Shown here piece by piece: positions 39,785 through 49,755 of a stretch of 64,000 nucleotides of DNA. Positions within the stretch are counted from its first letter, which is position 1, and every line of letters begins with the position of its first letter. A program made the position numbers and the translations under genes. This stretch comes from an uncultured delta proteobacterium (GTDB taxonomy: Bacteria > Desulfobacterota > Binatia > UBA9968). The DNA lies in assembly GCA_963771465.1 (NCBI GenBank), contig CAVYTU010000017.1, positions 576,001-640,000 on the forward strand, written 5' to 3'. The notes beneath the pieces are model-generated. The model saw only the letters and a program-made list of their open reading frames with translations, searched no databases and was not told where the DNA came from.

Positions 39785-40444
39785 TCAGCTATGGCTGCGC
39801 GTGAAACTCATCATGCGGCCGCGGCGCGATGAGGTCTCGGCGCCGGCGAAGGCGAGCCGCTGCTCGGTGCGGCTATAGCCCTCGGCGCTCATCTTGCTGC
39901 TGAATTGGCCGCAGCGCGTGCGGCCGGGGTCGGCCAATATGACTTGCGCGGTGGATTCGGTATGACAGGCGAGAAAAGCCGAAAGCAGGGCGGGGTGGCC
40001 GCGCTCGTAAAGCAGATCGCTACCGACGATCAAGTCAAAGCGGCCGAGATCGGGATTGGGACCGGCCCACGGGGCCTGGTGAAACTTGACCGGTGGCAGG
40101 CCGTTGAGTTGGGCATTGAAGCGAAGAAATTCTTCGGCCAACGGATGATAATCGCTGGCCGTGATATCGGCGCCGCGCCGTTGCAGCACCAGGCTGCACA
40201 GGCCGATGCCGCAGCCGACCTCGAGAATCTTCATCCCGGCAAAGGCGAAGCGGCTCATCTCTTGGGCCAACGCAATGCCGGCGGGCCAAACCACACCGAA
40301 GATTGGCCACGCCGCAGAGGAAATACCGGCGTGCTCGGCGCGCCCGTCAGGGTCGGAGAATTGCTGAAGGTTGCAGAGAGCGCGGACGTGATAATCTTCG
40401 CGGCCGATCCGGTGCGTCGAGGTTTCCACCGAGTATCCCGGCAT
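39785..40444 (-). CDS. Class I SAM-dependent methyltransferase (Methyltransf_16 / nicotinamide N-methylase-like)
   Basis: FGVVWPAGIALA; ILEVGCGIGL; ASDYHP; FDLIVGSDLLYE; LADPGR; AAGGAG RBS. Confidence 0.88.
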   Translation of the reverse strand: MPGYSVETSTHRIGREDYHVRALCNLQQFSDPDGRAEHAGISSAAWPIFGVVWPAGIALAQEMSRFAFAGMKILEVGCGIGLCSLVLQRRGADITASDYHPLAEEFLRFNAQLNGLPPVKFHQAPWAGPNPDLGRFDLIVGSDLLYERGHPALLSAFLACHTESTAQVILADPGRTRCGQFSSKMSAEGYSRTEQRLAFAGAETSSRRGRMMSFTRSHS

Positions 40445-40653
40445 TGGATTTTCTCCTTTGGCGCTTTGCAAGAAGCGCCGCTGGTGGTTGCGGAAAAGAG
40501 TTTGGGGATGTTCGTCGAAGCGCTGTCAGACGAGTTGTCGAGCGCGCAGGGAGTGACTCAATCGGGAGATCTCACATGGCGTGAGTATGACATGTGGGTG
40601 AGGATGGGTAAAGCCAGCAGAAACGGCTAGACCCGACTGCCGTGAAACGAGGC

Positions 40654-40743
40654 AGCAATACCGTTCACGGTTCACCATGAACGGTATTGCTAGATCGCGA
40701 ATTTTACTTACTTGTGGTTTCGCCCTGAACGTTGTCGAAGGGC
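40654..40743. repeat. REP-like palindromes
   Basis: Perfect 14-bp inverted repeat AGCAATACCGTTCA/TGAACGGTATTGCT (40654-40691), plus TTCGCCCTGAACGTTGTCGAAGGG (40719-40743). Confidence 0.6.
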
Positions 40744-40785
40744 TCCGAGTGAAATACGACTGCGGCTCATTTTGGCGCGAAACGA

Positions 40786-41610
40786 TCAGCGGTTTTGCCG
40801 CCATTCGGCAACCCACAGCCGGTCCAATTCGGCCGCCACCGCTGGCGGCGGATTGCCGATGAGCGAAGCCCGGCGGCGATCGAAAACCTTGCCGTAAACT
40901 TTTCCTTGTGCCGCCGAATAGAGGAGCACCACGTTGTTATCACCGCAATCGTGGTTCTTACAGGATTTGGCAAACACATATTCATTGCCGGCTACATTGA
41001 TTTTTGTCGTCGGCGTTGCCGGGCCGTCGAGGTCGGTGAGCCATCTCTCGTTAACTTTGGCTCCGAGCGCCCTGTAATAGACGGGTTTGAACTTGGGATC
41101 TTGCAATAGATCCCAGGGATTGATCATTGGCTCGCCAACAGATGCAGGGGCGGCTGCGGGCGCAGGTGTGGCCGGCCGGCCGGCAGCGTCGCAGCTGCGA
41201 TACTTTTGCCCGACCAACGCTTTGCCGAGGGCCGCTTGGACCTCGCGGTCGCCATCGGGCACGATGTAGAGGCCGGATCTGTCTTGATAAACGATGAACA
41301 GAAGCTGGATATCGCGGCGCACTTCGCTCGCGAGCGCTACCTGGTAATCAGGCGGAGGAGAATTTCCGAAGAAGGAATGCTGCGCTTGCACGTTGCGGCC
41401 GGTCAATCGTTTGTTGTTTTGCTCGACCATCAGCGCATCGCTAACGACGCGCAGCCGCGGCGCCGAGGGATTACCGCAGTTGGTCGAATAGGTGCCGCCC
41501 CAAAGCCTGATCGAGTCCGCGTCCAACTTGCTCTGCGCCCAAGCCGGCGACGCCAGCGCGATCAGCGAAGCGGTTGTCGCGTAAGAAATCAATCGTTCCG
41601 TGCTGTTCAT
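40786..41610 (-). CDS. Secreted protein with C-terminal Ivy (lysozyme/lytic transglycosylase inhibitor) domain
   Basis: Signal peptide ..LALASPAWAQ; Pro/Ala linker; WL..GPATP....V.G.EY....CKNHDCG.N.VVLLYS....VYG (Ivy CKxHDC motif). Confidence 0.8.
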   Translation of the reverse strand: MNSTERLISYATTASLIALASPAWAQSKLDADSIRLWGGTYSTNCGNPSAPRLRVVSDALMVEQNNKRLTGRNVQAQHSFFGNSPPPDYQVALASEVRRDIQLLFIVYQDRSGLYIVPDGDREVQAALGKALVGQKYRSCDAAGRPATPAPAAAPASVGEPMINPWDLLQDPKFKPVYYRALGAKVNERWLTDLDGPATPTTKINVAGNEYVFAKSCKNHDCGDNNVVLLYSAAQGKVYGKVFDRRRASLIGNPPPAVAAELDRLWVAEWRQNR

Positions 41611-41698
41611 GCGAGTTCCTCCGTCCATTGCTTGTAGACGATCTTTCAGCCGCAGTAAACCCGTCTCTTGCCTGGGGCAAAGCAAAAAAGACCGGTGG

Positions 41699-42196
41699 TC
41701 AGGATATCGAACGGCGCATTTCATAGTTAAGCAGTGCCGGATCGTTTCGATAGGGTTCGGTTTTTCCCGTCAGAGAAAATCCCAGGCACTGGTAGAAATT
41801 GATTGCGGTGTCGTTGTTGCTCGTCACTAGCAACAGCAAGATGCGAACATGCTGTGTACGCGTCCAGGCGACGATCGCTTCAACCAACGTGCGGCCAATT
41901 CCGAGGCGGCGATGCGTCGGCGCGACCCACATCGAAACTAAGTCCACACGCGAGGGTTCATTTGGATTCAAAATACCCGCGGCCATGCCGACCGCAGCAC
42001 AGTCATCCAGCGCAAGGTAGCCAATCGATTTAGCGTCGCTCCACTGTACGGCTCGTTTCATCCAATCGGCACCGGTGAGCTTCGATTCCTCGGCAAACGT
42101 GGAACTGAAAGCGGTGGGCGAGTCCTGCAACGCGCGCAGGCGAATGTCTTTGAAGATTGGAGCGTTCCTGGCACTGATGAGTTCGATGGCAATCAT
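41699..42196 (-). CDS. GNAT acetyltransferase
   Basis: IRLRALQDSP.AF; SMWVAPTHRRLGIGR.L; N..AINFY..LGF. Confidence 0.9.
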   Translation of the reverse strand: MIAIELISARNAPIFKDIRLRALQDSPTAFSSTFAEESKLTGADWMKRAVQWSDAKSIGYLALDDCAAVGMAAGILNPNEPSRVDLVSMWVAPTHRRLGIGRTLVEAIVAWTRTQHVRILLLLVTSNNDTAINFYQCLGFSLTGKTEPYRNDPALLNYEMRRSIS

Positions 42197-42218
42197 GGTC
42201 CGTTATTGCTTGCGCAAT

Positions 42219-43247
42219 CTATTTCTCCAACAATCGCTTCATCCGGCCGACGACCTCCGCCGGTTGGGCGATGACTTCGCGTGCGAGTGTTGCTAGCTCG
42301 TCGCCGCCGACCGGGTCGATGTCGAGTTTTCGCTCTCTCGCTTGGGCCTGAAAATCTGCGTCGGTCAAAGTTTTGTAGAACGCGCTCTGGAGCATTTTCG
42401 CGCGCTCCGTCGGCAGGCCCGGCGAGCTGACGTAGGGACGGCCGAATGCGCCGACGGCTAGGATGATCGTCGCGAGCCGTTTGCCTGCTTCGGGAGTCTT
42501 GTGTTCGTTCATCAGCTCCCAGATGGTTGGGATGTCAGTCAGTCTCGGATCGCGCTTCTTGCCAGTTTGTACCAGGATGCGGATAAAGCCACTCTTGAAC
42601 CAGCCGATGAGCGGTTCCCGTCCGAATAAGGTTTCGACCGAAATACCGCGGCAGTGTACTTCTTCCCGTTCCACCGCCAATTCGACTTCAGGTCCATCCT
42701 TATACCCGGTGAGGGTATTGAACTTAGCGCCGAGAGTTTCTTCCAATAGGTTCGCGATATAGTAGCCGGTCGACGCCGTGCCGGTGGCGCCGCATTTTGG
42801 CGGCACCGCGGCTTTGCGCACGTCCTGAATCGATTTGTAGGGCGAGTTGGCGCGGATGTAGACGAGCTGTTCGACCAGGGTGGGACTACCGAGCCAAGTA
42901 AACTTCGTCCAATCGAACTGCACTTCCTTCCTGCCGACCAGCTGATCGAAATAGAGCCCGCTGCGAATCCCACCCAGTGTAAGCCCATCGGGCTTGGCGA
43001 CTTTGTAAACGTAGTTGGCCGCAATCATCGCGCCGGCGCCCGGCATATTCTGGACGATGATATTCGGATTGCCGGGAATATATTTGCCGAGATAGCGGGC
43101 GATCAGTCGTGTCCAGGCATCATCGACGCTGCCGGCGCCGTAGCCGGCGATGATTCGGATAGTTTTGTCTTGGTGGAACGGCGCCTGTGCGGACGCGTTG
43201 ATCGGAGCAACGAAGACGAGAGCCAGAACGAACAGAATTCGCTTCAT
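42219..43247 (-). CDS. TctC/Bug family substrate-binding protein
   Basis: KTIRIIAGYGAG; IPGNPNIIVQNMPGAG; KPDGLT; TGYK; GGGAGG RBS. Confidence 0.92.
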   Translation of the reverse strand: MKRILFVLALVFVAPINASAQAPFHQDKTIRIIAGYGAGSVDDAWTRLIARYLGKYIPGNPNIIVQNMPGAGAMIAANYVYKVAKPDGLTLGGIRSGLYFDQLVGRKEVQFDWTKFTWLGSPTLVEQLVYIRANSPYKSIQDVRKAAVPPKCGATGTASTGYYIANLLEETLGAKFNTLTGYKDGPEVELAVEREEVHCRGISVETLFGREPLIGWFKSGFIRILVQTGKKRDPRLTDIPTIWELMNEHKTPEAGKRLATIILAVGAFGRPYVSSPGLPTERAKMLQSAFYKTLTDADFQAQARERKLDIDPVGGDELATLAREVIAQPAEVVGRMKRLLEK

Positions 43248-43413
43248 GACAACCTCCCGCGCGGGACTTAAGCGCGGCGATCATAGCGAGTTTGCCGTAA
43301 AGCTTACAAGGGCTGTAAGCAAGAATAGATTTCACTGAAGCGAGGCCGAGCTCGTAGTGGCTATCACATTGCTTCGTGATTCTCTCGGCGACGAAGTGGT
43401 ACCTGCTGCGGAT

Positions 43414-44022
43414 TCAGCTGAACAGGAAACGGACTAGTGTGCGGAACTCTGGTAGGGATCGAGAACGAAGAGTTTGGCGACTTCCGAAGTGTCGACCATG
43501 ACCGTATTGACCTTCAGCAAGTTGAAAAACCGTTAAATCACGGCGAGTCGGGTCTACCAGCCAGAGTTCGTCGACACCGTTCACTTCGTAAATCTTCTTC
43601 TTTTCGACGCGGTCTCGTTGCGCCGTGGCAGGAGATAGTATCTCAACGACTAAGTTAGGCACGATCTTAAGGAATTGACCGCGCCCGACATGGGGACCTT
43701 CCGCCCAGCGCTCTGAGGAGATGAAAGAGATATCGGGTTCGAGCGTGTCTCCAGACGGGAGGTTGTAGCCGGTGCTTGAGCCAAAGACTTTGCCGAGCTT
43801 TTTCGAGTCGACGAAGTCGAAAAGCGCACGACTCATCCTTGCTTCGATTTCACCATGTCCCCAGCCCGCCGGAGGAGTCATAACGATCCTTCCATCAGTT
43901 AGCTCATAGTGATTGATGTCGGTAGCAGGGCGAGTTTCAACCCAGCGTTTAAAGGCCCTTTGGTCGAACCTATCGGTTGAAATAAAGGTGGTTTCTATGG
44001 TTCTCGCGGTTCCGGCGGGCAT
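43414..44022 (-). CDS. Uma2 family (PD-(D/E)XK) endonuclease-like protein
   Basis: YELTDGRIVMTPP...H; EPDISFI; PNLVVEILSP; K..YEVNGV.E.WLVDP. Confidence 0.9.
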   Translation of the reverse strand: MPAGTARTIETTFISTDRFDQRAFKRWVETRPATDINHYELTDGRIVMTPPAGWGHGEIEARMSRALFDFVDSKKLGKVFGSSTGYNLPSGDTLEPDISFISSERWAEGPHVGRGQFLKIVPNLVVEILSPATAQRDRVEKKKIYEVNGVDELWLVDPTRRDLTVFQLAEGQYGHGRHFGSRQTLRSRSLPEFRTLVRFLFS

Positions 44023-44108
44023 ATCGAAAACAATAGCAAATTTCTTCAGGCTCGGCTACGCGAGCCGGGCGGCGGAACGGCTGAGAGGTCTCAATGCAGA
44101 CAGTCGTT

Positions 44109-45626
44109 TCACGACTGTTCCTTGATGAACTCTGCGCCCCGCTCGGCGATCATCATGACGGTGAGATTGGTGTTGGCGTGGACGACGGTGGGCATGATCG
44201 ACGCGTCGCCGATCCACAGATTGTCGACGCCGTGGACGCGCATTCGTTGGTCGACCACGGCCATGGAGTCCGACGCCGGCCCCATCTTGCACGTGCCGAT
44301 ACCGTGATAGTAGCTGGTGTAGGAAGAGCGCGCGAATTTTTTCCAGTCTTCGTTGAGGTTGGGTGAAAATAGCTCGCCGTAGAACTGACTCAATGGCTCG
44401 GTACTGGTCAGGCGCTGGACGAACTTCATCGCTGCCAGCATCGCCGCGATATCATTCGGATGTTCCAGGACTTGCGGATCGATGTTGGGCAGATCGTTTG
44501 GATTAGCGCTTTGCAAAGTCAGTTTGCCGCGGTTGGTCTGCTCCAGCAGATTACACGAAAATCCGAGCATGTCGCCGAGCCCCGTGAGCGCGATCGCTTC
44601 ACGCGGAATGATATGGAAGTTGATATATTCCCGCGCCGGATCGGTTTTGAAATAGAGCTTCAAGGTCGAGCGGCCGCGCATGAGCCATTCTTGTTTGATC
44701 GGGTTGGCTTTAAAATTCATCGTCAGCATCGGATGATCCTGATAATTTTCACCGACGCCGGCCATATCTTGTACGACGGGAATTCCCAGCTGCTTGAGCT
44801 GCGCGCTTGGACCGATGCCCGAAAGCATCAATATCTGCGGCGAGTGATACACACCGGCGCTGAGCACGACTTTGTCTGCGGTGGGACTGCAGTCGCGTCC
44901 GTCTTTGCGATAGCGAACGCCGGCTGCAGTCTTGCCGTTGAATGAGAGCGATCCAACCTGTGCTTCGCCGATGACAGTAAGATTGGGTCGGTGACGCGCC
45001 GGATCGAGATAAGCAACCGTCGCCGATTGGCGCCTGCCGTCTTTGATGTTACGGGCCACCGGCGCCACGCCGTAGGGATTGGGAATATTTTGATCGATGA
45101 AACGCGGCACGCCGAGTTTGTCCAGGGCTTCAAGAAGCGCGAGCTCTTGCTCGCCGAGTTGGGTGTCGTAAAGATGTTTGCGCTTGACGTAGATCGGCCC
45201 AGAGTTGCCGTGGATCGGACTATCGGGAAAATCCTGATCAGATTCCATTCGTCTTAACACCGGCAAAACTTTGTCCCATGACCAATCGGGATTGCCCTCA
45301 GTCACCCAGCGATCCAGATCGGCTTTAATAGGCCGAGGTATCGCCATCATGTTCACCGACGATCCGCCGCCGGTAATCCGGCCGGCCAGCGAATAGAACT
45401 CGCTGCCGTCGTAATTGCGCTTAGTCGGATACATTTGGATGTAGGGACTTTCAAGCAGTACGTGCGTAGTTTTATCGGCGTCGGCGACAGTCTCAGGAAT
45501 CGGCTGCGGGTCCGGCCCGGCCTCGAGCAGCAGTACTTTGCGTTTCGGCTCCTCGGAAAGCCGCGCCGCGATCACGCAGCCGGCTGAACCGCCGCCGACA
45601 ACGATGACGTCGTAATGGTCAGACAT
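44109..45626 (-). CDS. GMC family FAD oxidoreductase (choline dehydrogenase-like)
   Basis: YDVIVVGGGSAGC; GGGSSVN; SPQILMLSGIG; VGENYQDH; YHGIGTCKMG; DASIMP...ANTN. Confidence 0.92.
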   Translation of the reverse strand: MSDHYDVIVVGGGSAGCVIAARLSEEPKRKVLLLEAGPDPQPIPETVADADKTTHVLLESPYIQMYPTKRNYDGSEFYSLAGRITGGGSSVNMMAIPRPIKADLDRWVTEGNPDWSWDKVLPVLRRMESDQDFPDSPIHGNSGPIYVKRKHLYDTQLGEQELALLEALDKLGVPRFIDQNIPNPYGVAPVARNIKDGRRQSATVAYLDPARHRPNLTVIGEAQVGSLSFNGKTAAGVRYRKDGRDCSPTADKVVLSAGVYHSPQILMLSGIGPSAQLKQLGIPVVQDMAGVGENYQDHPMLTMNFKANPIKQEWLMRGRSTLKLYFKTDPAREYINFHIIPREAIALTGLGDMLGFSCNLLEQTNRGKLTLQSANPNDLPNIDPQVLEHPNDIAAMLAAMKFVQRLTSTEPLSQFYGELFSPNLNEDWKKFARSSYTSYYHGIGTCKMGPASDSMAVVDQRMRVHGVDNLWIGDASIMPTVVHANTNLTVMMIAERGAEFIKEQS

Positions 45627-45861
45627 AGGAAGCTCCTGGATTTAGATTGAATTCAGGTTTCGATTGGATTCGAAGCTTGCAGTTTGGCAGCTGTTCTCGT
45701 ATCTGTTGGATCGTTTCAGAACTGATTCCCGGGAAATTTAGCAAATATAACCCGCTCAAGCTTCGAATTAGTTGTGGGCGAGATCAGTGCCTTGTCTGAG
45801 ACAGTTTCATTAATTCCGTGGGAGTGCAGAGACTCTTTTTGCTCTTGATTACGAGCCGGGC

Positions 45862-47133
45862 TTACTCTTCTCCTTTGAAATCCAACATCCCCTGAAACTC
45901 CAGTCCTTCGATCTCCTGCAAGGTTTTCCCCGCGATCCCCTGTAAGTCGCCGTACATGCCCACCGTCGCTTGCATGACTCGGTCGATTTGTTCTTCGCGT
46001 TTGGCCCATTGGCGGGTAATCGCTTTTTTCTCGCGGTCCAAATCTTCTTTCATACTTGAGAATGCTTCAACGATCGCTTGAACTCGCTGGCGGAAGCGTG
46101 GGCCGGTGAGATAGCCGTAGACCATTTCCATTTTGGTCTGCTGGCCTTCGCTCGCTTGGCGCACGGTGGCGACTTCGATCAGCGTTTGGCGCAACGCCAT
46201 CGCGAGGGGAAGTGTGACTTTAGGATCGGCGACCCAAACCTCGCCTGTAAAACCGAAGCTCTCTATGTCTTTGGGTAGCACCTGGCTGATGATGACGGCA
46301 ACTTCTGCTTTCGCCGCGCGCTGATCTTCGCGCAGCTTGGGCAGCCAGCCGTCGCTCCAATTTTTTGTCCGCTTCGCTTCCCACAGGATCGTGCCGCAGA
46401 TTTGATTCAGTGGGCCGACGACGCGGTGCAAGACGTCGCCGCCGAACTCGCCTTTCGGCACTGGCTGAATCGTGTCGCGGGGAAATTTCGCTGTGAGCAT
46501 GGCTTCTAGTTCGAGTTCTTGAACTTCTCCTTGAAGTTGTTGTGAGCCTTGTTCGGCGCGGCGTCTTAACTCTTCGATCTGCCTTTGCATCGCCGTGATG
46601 GTTTGGTCTTTCTCCATCACTTTGAATTTCAATTCTTCTTCCGCTTCTTTTTTGGCTTTCTCCCGTTCGTTGCCAAGATCGGCTTGCACCCGTTTCTCGA
46701 TCGTCAGGTCCAACTCGCGCTTGGCATCATCCAACTCGCGCTGCTTGCGGATTAGCTCAGCCTGGACTTTCTGCGCCTCTGCGAGTTTCACATCGCGTTG
46801 TTTCAAGACCTCCTGCAGCATGTTGATTTCTTTAGCTTTTTGGTCGAGATCGCTGCCGAGAGCGAGCTTGGCTTTATGCTGCTCCTCGGCGGCGATCTTC
46901 AGGCGTTCTTGTTGCAGCTTCTGCGCAACTTGTTGATCGAGAGTTTCCTTGGTTTTCTCAAGCGTCGCCGTCCGTTCAATCACAGCAGCCTCGCGCTTGG
47001 CCATGTCGGTATCTTTTTGCGACAAGCGCTGCTCGTAGTCGCGCCGGATCGAATCTAACAGCGGCGCGGCAAGGGATTCGGTGAGTTTGATTTCGGTTTT
47101 GCACTGGGGGCAAATAACGGTCGGTTCGGCCAT
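45862..47133 (-). CDS. DUF2130 domain coiled-coil protein
   Basis: ICPQCKTEI; long coiled coil; GSQQLQGEVQELELE; FPRD.I.PVPKG..GGD; ILWEAKRTKNWS..W..KLREDQR. Confidence 0.88.
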   Translation of the reverse strand: MAEPTVICPQCKTEIKLTESLAAPLLDSIRRDYEQRLSQKDTDMAKREAAVIERTATLEKTKETLDQQVAQKLQQERLKIAAEEQHKAKLALGSDLDQKAKEINMLQEVLKQRDVKLAEAQKVQAELIRKQRELDDAKRELDLTIEKRVQADLGNEREKAKKEAEEELKFKVMEKDQTITAMQRQIEELRRRAEQGSQQLQGEVQELELEAMLTAKFPRDTIQPVPKGEFGGDVLHRVVGPLNQICGTILWEAKRTKNWSDGWLPKLREDQRAAKAEVAVIISQVLPKDIESFGFTGEVWVADPKVTLPLAMALRQTLIEVATVRQASEGQQTKMEMVYGYLTGPRFRQRVQAIVEAFSSMKEDLDREKKAITRQWAKREEQIDRVMQATVGMYGDLQGIAGKTLQEIEGLEFQGMLDFKGEE

Positions 47134-47302
47134 GGTAGCTCCAATTTGTGTTCGTGAGTCGTGATCGTGCGCGTCACCGATGGTAGCGAAAACGATGTGA
47201 GGTGCCAAGCGAGAACGGGAAGTTGCGGTGTGGAGTGATGGTAAAATTCTTGGGTGTGAATACGAAGCTCAGGATCAACTCATGGCGGCAGCGAACCGAG
47301 GT

Positions 47303-48403
47303 TCAGTTCTTTTTCCCCTCGCCCAAAACCTGATTGATCAACTCTTGTACCGGTTTCATGTCTTGCCACGCTGGATTCCACATCTCCAGATATTTGACGC
47401 CGTCGCGCCGGCGCATTAAAGGGCGGACTTCGGTTTTGGGGATATCGATCCGTAGGGAATCGGTGATGCCGACGGAGTCGTGGTCGCGTTGCATGGCGAT
47501 CTGACCATCGCGCGAGAGTAACCAATTGATCAGAATCTTCGCTGCGTTCGGGTGCGGCGGCTTGTCCATCAGGCCGTAGGCGCCGCCGGTCGCATCCAAG
47601 CCGGCGCTTTCCTTCCAATGGTTGGGGTCAAGGATTTGCACCGACAATCCCTGGTCCTTGGCGTCCAAGGTGTCGTCGGATTGGCTGAATAGCCATAGGG
47701 CAAATCTTTTTTGCGCCAGCCAATCGACCGCTTGGCGGTAATCGCGCGAAAAGGTCACGTCCATTTCGCTAAATAGGCGACGCAAAAACTGCGGGCCAAG
47801 CTCGGGATGATGATAGATGAAGCGCGCGCCGTTGCGGCCTTCGCCGACTTTGACGTCGGTGGCGACGATCTTGCTTTTCCATTTGGGATTCAACAGATCC
47901 CAGTAGGATTTAAATTCAGCTTGGTTGACCAGCGCCGTGTGATAGCTGGCAAAGCGCACGTACACGCTGGCCGCGGGGACGAAAAGATATTTGCCTTCAG
48001 GATCGGAGTAGTGATGTTTTTTCAGCCACCACTTCGAGGTGTCCTTTACTTCGGGGAGAATGAAACTCGTATTGATCGGTTGCAAAAGCTTACCGCGATA
48101 AAAAGTGTGCGCTGAAGTGAGACCGAAACGGACAACGTCGGTCAAATATTTTCCCGCGCGCCGCTCGGCCATAATGCGCGAAATCACCTCGGAGCAAGAG
48201 GCGGCCACCGACTCGACTTTGATCTTGGGATATTTCTTTTGGAACTCGCCGAGATATTCGTGGCTGCCGCAGCCGGAATACGTCACCTGGCCTTCCTGCT
48301 CGGCGGCTTTGAGGGTTTTGTCCCAGTCGGCCTGCCAGTTGTCTTGGGCTTGGGCTGATCCGACGGCTAGGACGAATATGACAATTAGTAAACGGCGAAT
48401 CAT
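47303..48403 (-). CDS. ABC substrate-binding protein, cluster D type
   Basis: True start ATG 48403 overlaps the upstream TGA; signal peptide; AAEQEGQV; SYWDLLNPKWK; PPHPNAAKILINWLLSRDGQ. Confidence 0.88.
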   Translation of the reverse strand: MIRRLLIVIFVLAVGSAQAQDNWQADWDKTLKAAEQEGQVTYSGCGSHEYLGEFQKKYPKIKVESVAASCSEVISRIMAERRAGKYLTDVVRFGLTSAHTFYRGKLLQPINTSFILPEVKDTSKWWLKKHHYSDPEGKYLFVPAASVYVRFASYHTALVNQAEFKSYWDLLNPKWKSKIVATDVKVGEGRNGARFIYHHPELGPQFLRRLFSEMDVTFSRDYRQAVDWLAQKRFALWLFSQSDDTLDAKDQGLSVQILDPNHWKESAGLDATGGAYGLMDKPPHPNAAKILINWLLSRDGQIAMQRDHDSVGITDSLRIDIPKTEVRPLMRRRDGVKYLEMWNPAWQDMKPVQELINQVLGEGKKN

Positions 48404-49590
48404 GAGGCCGAGCCGAGCCGGAAAAACTCTATTGCGTTGCCGCAGACCATTTTGTGTTTTTCTGCTTCCGGCACGCCGGCGAAGTTCTTCTCGATGATCT
48501 TCAACGAGTCGGGCCAGTCGGATTCTTGATGCGGGAAGTCGGAGCCCCACATGAGCATGTCGACGCCGATCTTATGGCGCAGCTCGACGCCGACACGGTC
48601 GAATTGAAAACCCCACAGGCAATGTTCGCGGATATATTCGCTCGGCGGCCGCTTGAGCGGTTTGAAGCCGAGCAAGCGCTCTGACCAGCGACGGTGCCGG
48701 TCGTAGCGCACGTCGCCGGCTTGTAAGTAGAATGGCACCCAGCCGATCTGGTTTTCGGCGAAAAAGATTTTTAGTTTGGGAAAACGGTCGAACACGCCGG
48801 ACAATGCCCACTGCATTGCCGCGACGGCGCCGTTGCCGCGCGCCGGGCCGAAGCGGCTGCATTGCTCGACCAGTTCGTGGGTGAGTTTTTTCATTAACTC
48901 TTCCGACTCATTGGGATACTTGAACAGCGGGCCTTTGCGATCGTCGGCGCGATCGAGGTCGACGTGGACGCTGATCGGCATGTCAATTTCCAAGGCGCGC
49001 GCCCAGAATTTATCGTCAGCATCCGACGGATAAGCGTTGCCGCTGGGAAATCCTTGCAACAGCACCGTTTTGAAACCAACTTTTTTGCAATACTCCATCT
49101 CGGCGATGACACTGTCCATGTCACAGGCGAGCGGCAGGATGCCGACGCCGAGCAAACGCTCGGGATCGGTGGCGCAGTATTCGTCGGCGAGCCAACTGTT
49201 GTACGCGCGCACGATGGCCCTATAGGCGTCGTTATCTTCGACGCGGCGCCAAAACTTCGGCCCGCCTTGCTGCGATGGAAATAACACCTCGGCGTCGATG
49301 CCGTCTCTGTCCTGTTCGCCGATGCGCTGAGTCGCGCTGCCCGTGCCCGGCGTGCCTTCGTATTTACCGTCGAAGGGCAAGTATTCGTCCCGGCCCTTGC
49401 CGCCATAGAGATCGGCTGCGGCCGCCGGCCGTTTGATTTTGTCGCCGATCAGCCAGGCATCGCCGCCGTGCGGTTGGCGCACCAGTCGCGGCGCTTGGTC
49501 TCGATATTTTTCCGGTACGCGCGCGAGCCAGTGCTTGGAGTCTATTTCTAAATGTGAGTCGCCGGAAATGTATTTGTAGTTTCTTGACAT
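48400..49590 (-). CDS. Amidohydrolase_2 family protein
   Basis: ISGDSHLE; QDRDGIDAEVLFPS; ISVH; GVFDRFPKLK..AE.QIGW; WGSDFPH. Confidence 0.92.
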   Translation of the reverse strand: MSRNYKYISGDSHLEIDSKHWLARVPEKYRDQAPRLVRQPHGGDAWLIGDKIKRPAAAADLYGGKGRDEYLPFDGKYEGTPGTGSATQRIGEQDRDGIDAEVLFPSQQGGPKFWRRVEDNDAYRAIVRAYNSWLADEYCATDPERLLGVGILPLACDMDSVIAEMEYCKKVGFKTVLLQGFPSGNAYPSDADDKFWARALEIDMPISVHVDLDRADDRKGPLFKYPNESEELMKKLTHELVEQCSRFGPARGNGAVAAMQWALSGVFDRFPKLKIFFAENQIGWVPFYLQAGDVRYDRHRRWSERLLGFKPLKRPPSEYIREHCLWGFQFDRVGVELRHKIGVDMLMWGSDFPHQESDWPDSLKIIEKNFAGVPEAEKHKMVCGNAIEFFRLGSAS

Positions 49591-49755
49591 GTGAGAATTC
49601 CTCGAATGATCACTTGTAATGAAGCGATACTAGCCAAATTGAGCGGCGCTGCCAAGCGCTGCAAACGCTTTAGCGAAACGCTGGACAAAGCGCGCTGTTC
49701 CGGTTTAGAAATGTCCCTGCACAGGCGCAATGATTTTTTACCGGGAGGATAATAA

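Noticed and set aside
35278-40444. Single biosynthetic cluster (methyltransferase, HDO, UbiD, small peptide, SDR, ATE)
   Set aside because: Co-orientation only; the HDO has its own promoter, gaps of 140 bp or more and a gene remnant interrupt the run, and no clear precursor peptide or exporter is present. Kept only as separate observations.
40445-40560. SAH or SAM riboswitch upstream of the methyltransferase
   Set aside because: Only a short GGCGCT match; the other conserved elements are not recognisable.
43414-47133. Defence island from Uma2 nuclease and DUF2130
   Set aside because: Both are common stand-alone genes, separated by a GMC oxidoreductase, with no methylase, toxin-antitoxin or integrase nearby.
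48404-48550. N-terminal extensions in the ORF track (also 5245, 20303, 41724, 47208, 54624)
   Set aside because: Downstream ATGs have better RBS, overlap logic or signal peptides; extensions overlap neighbours or promoters.
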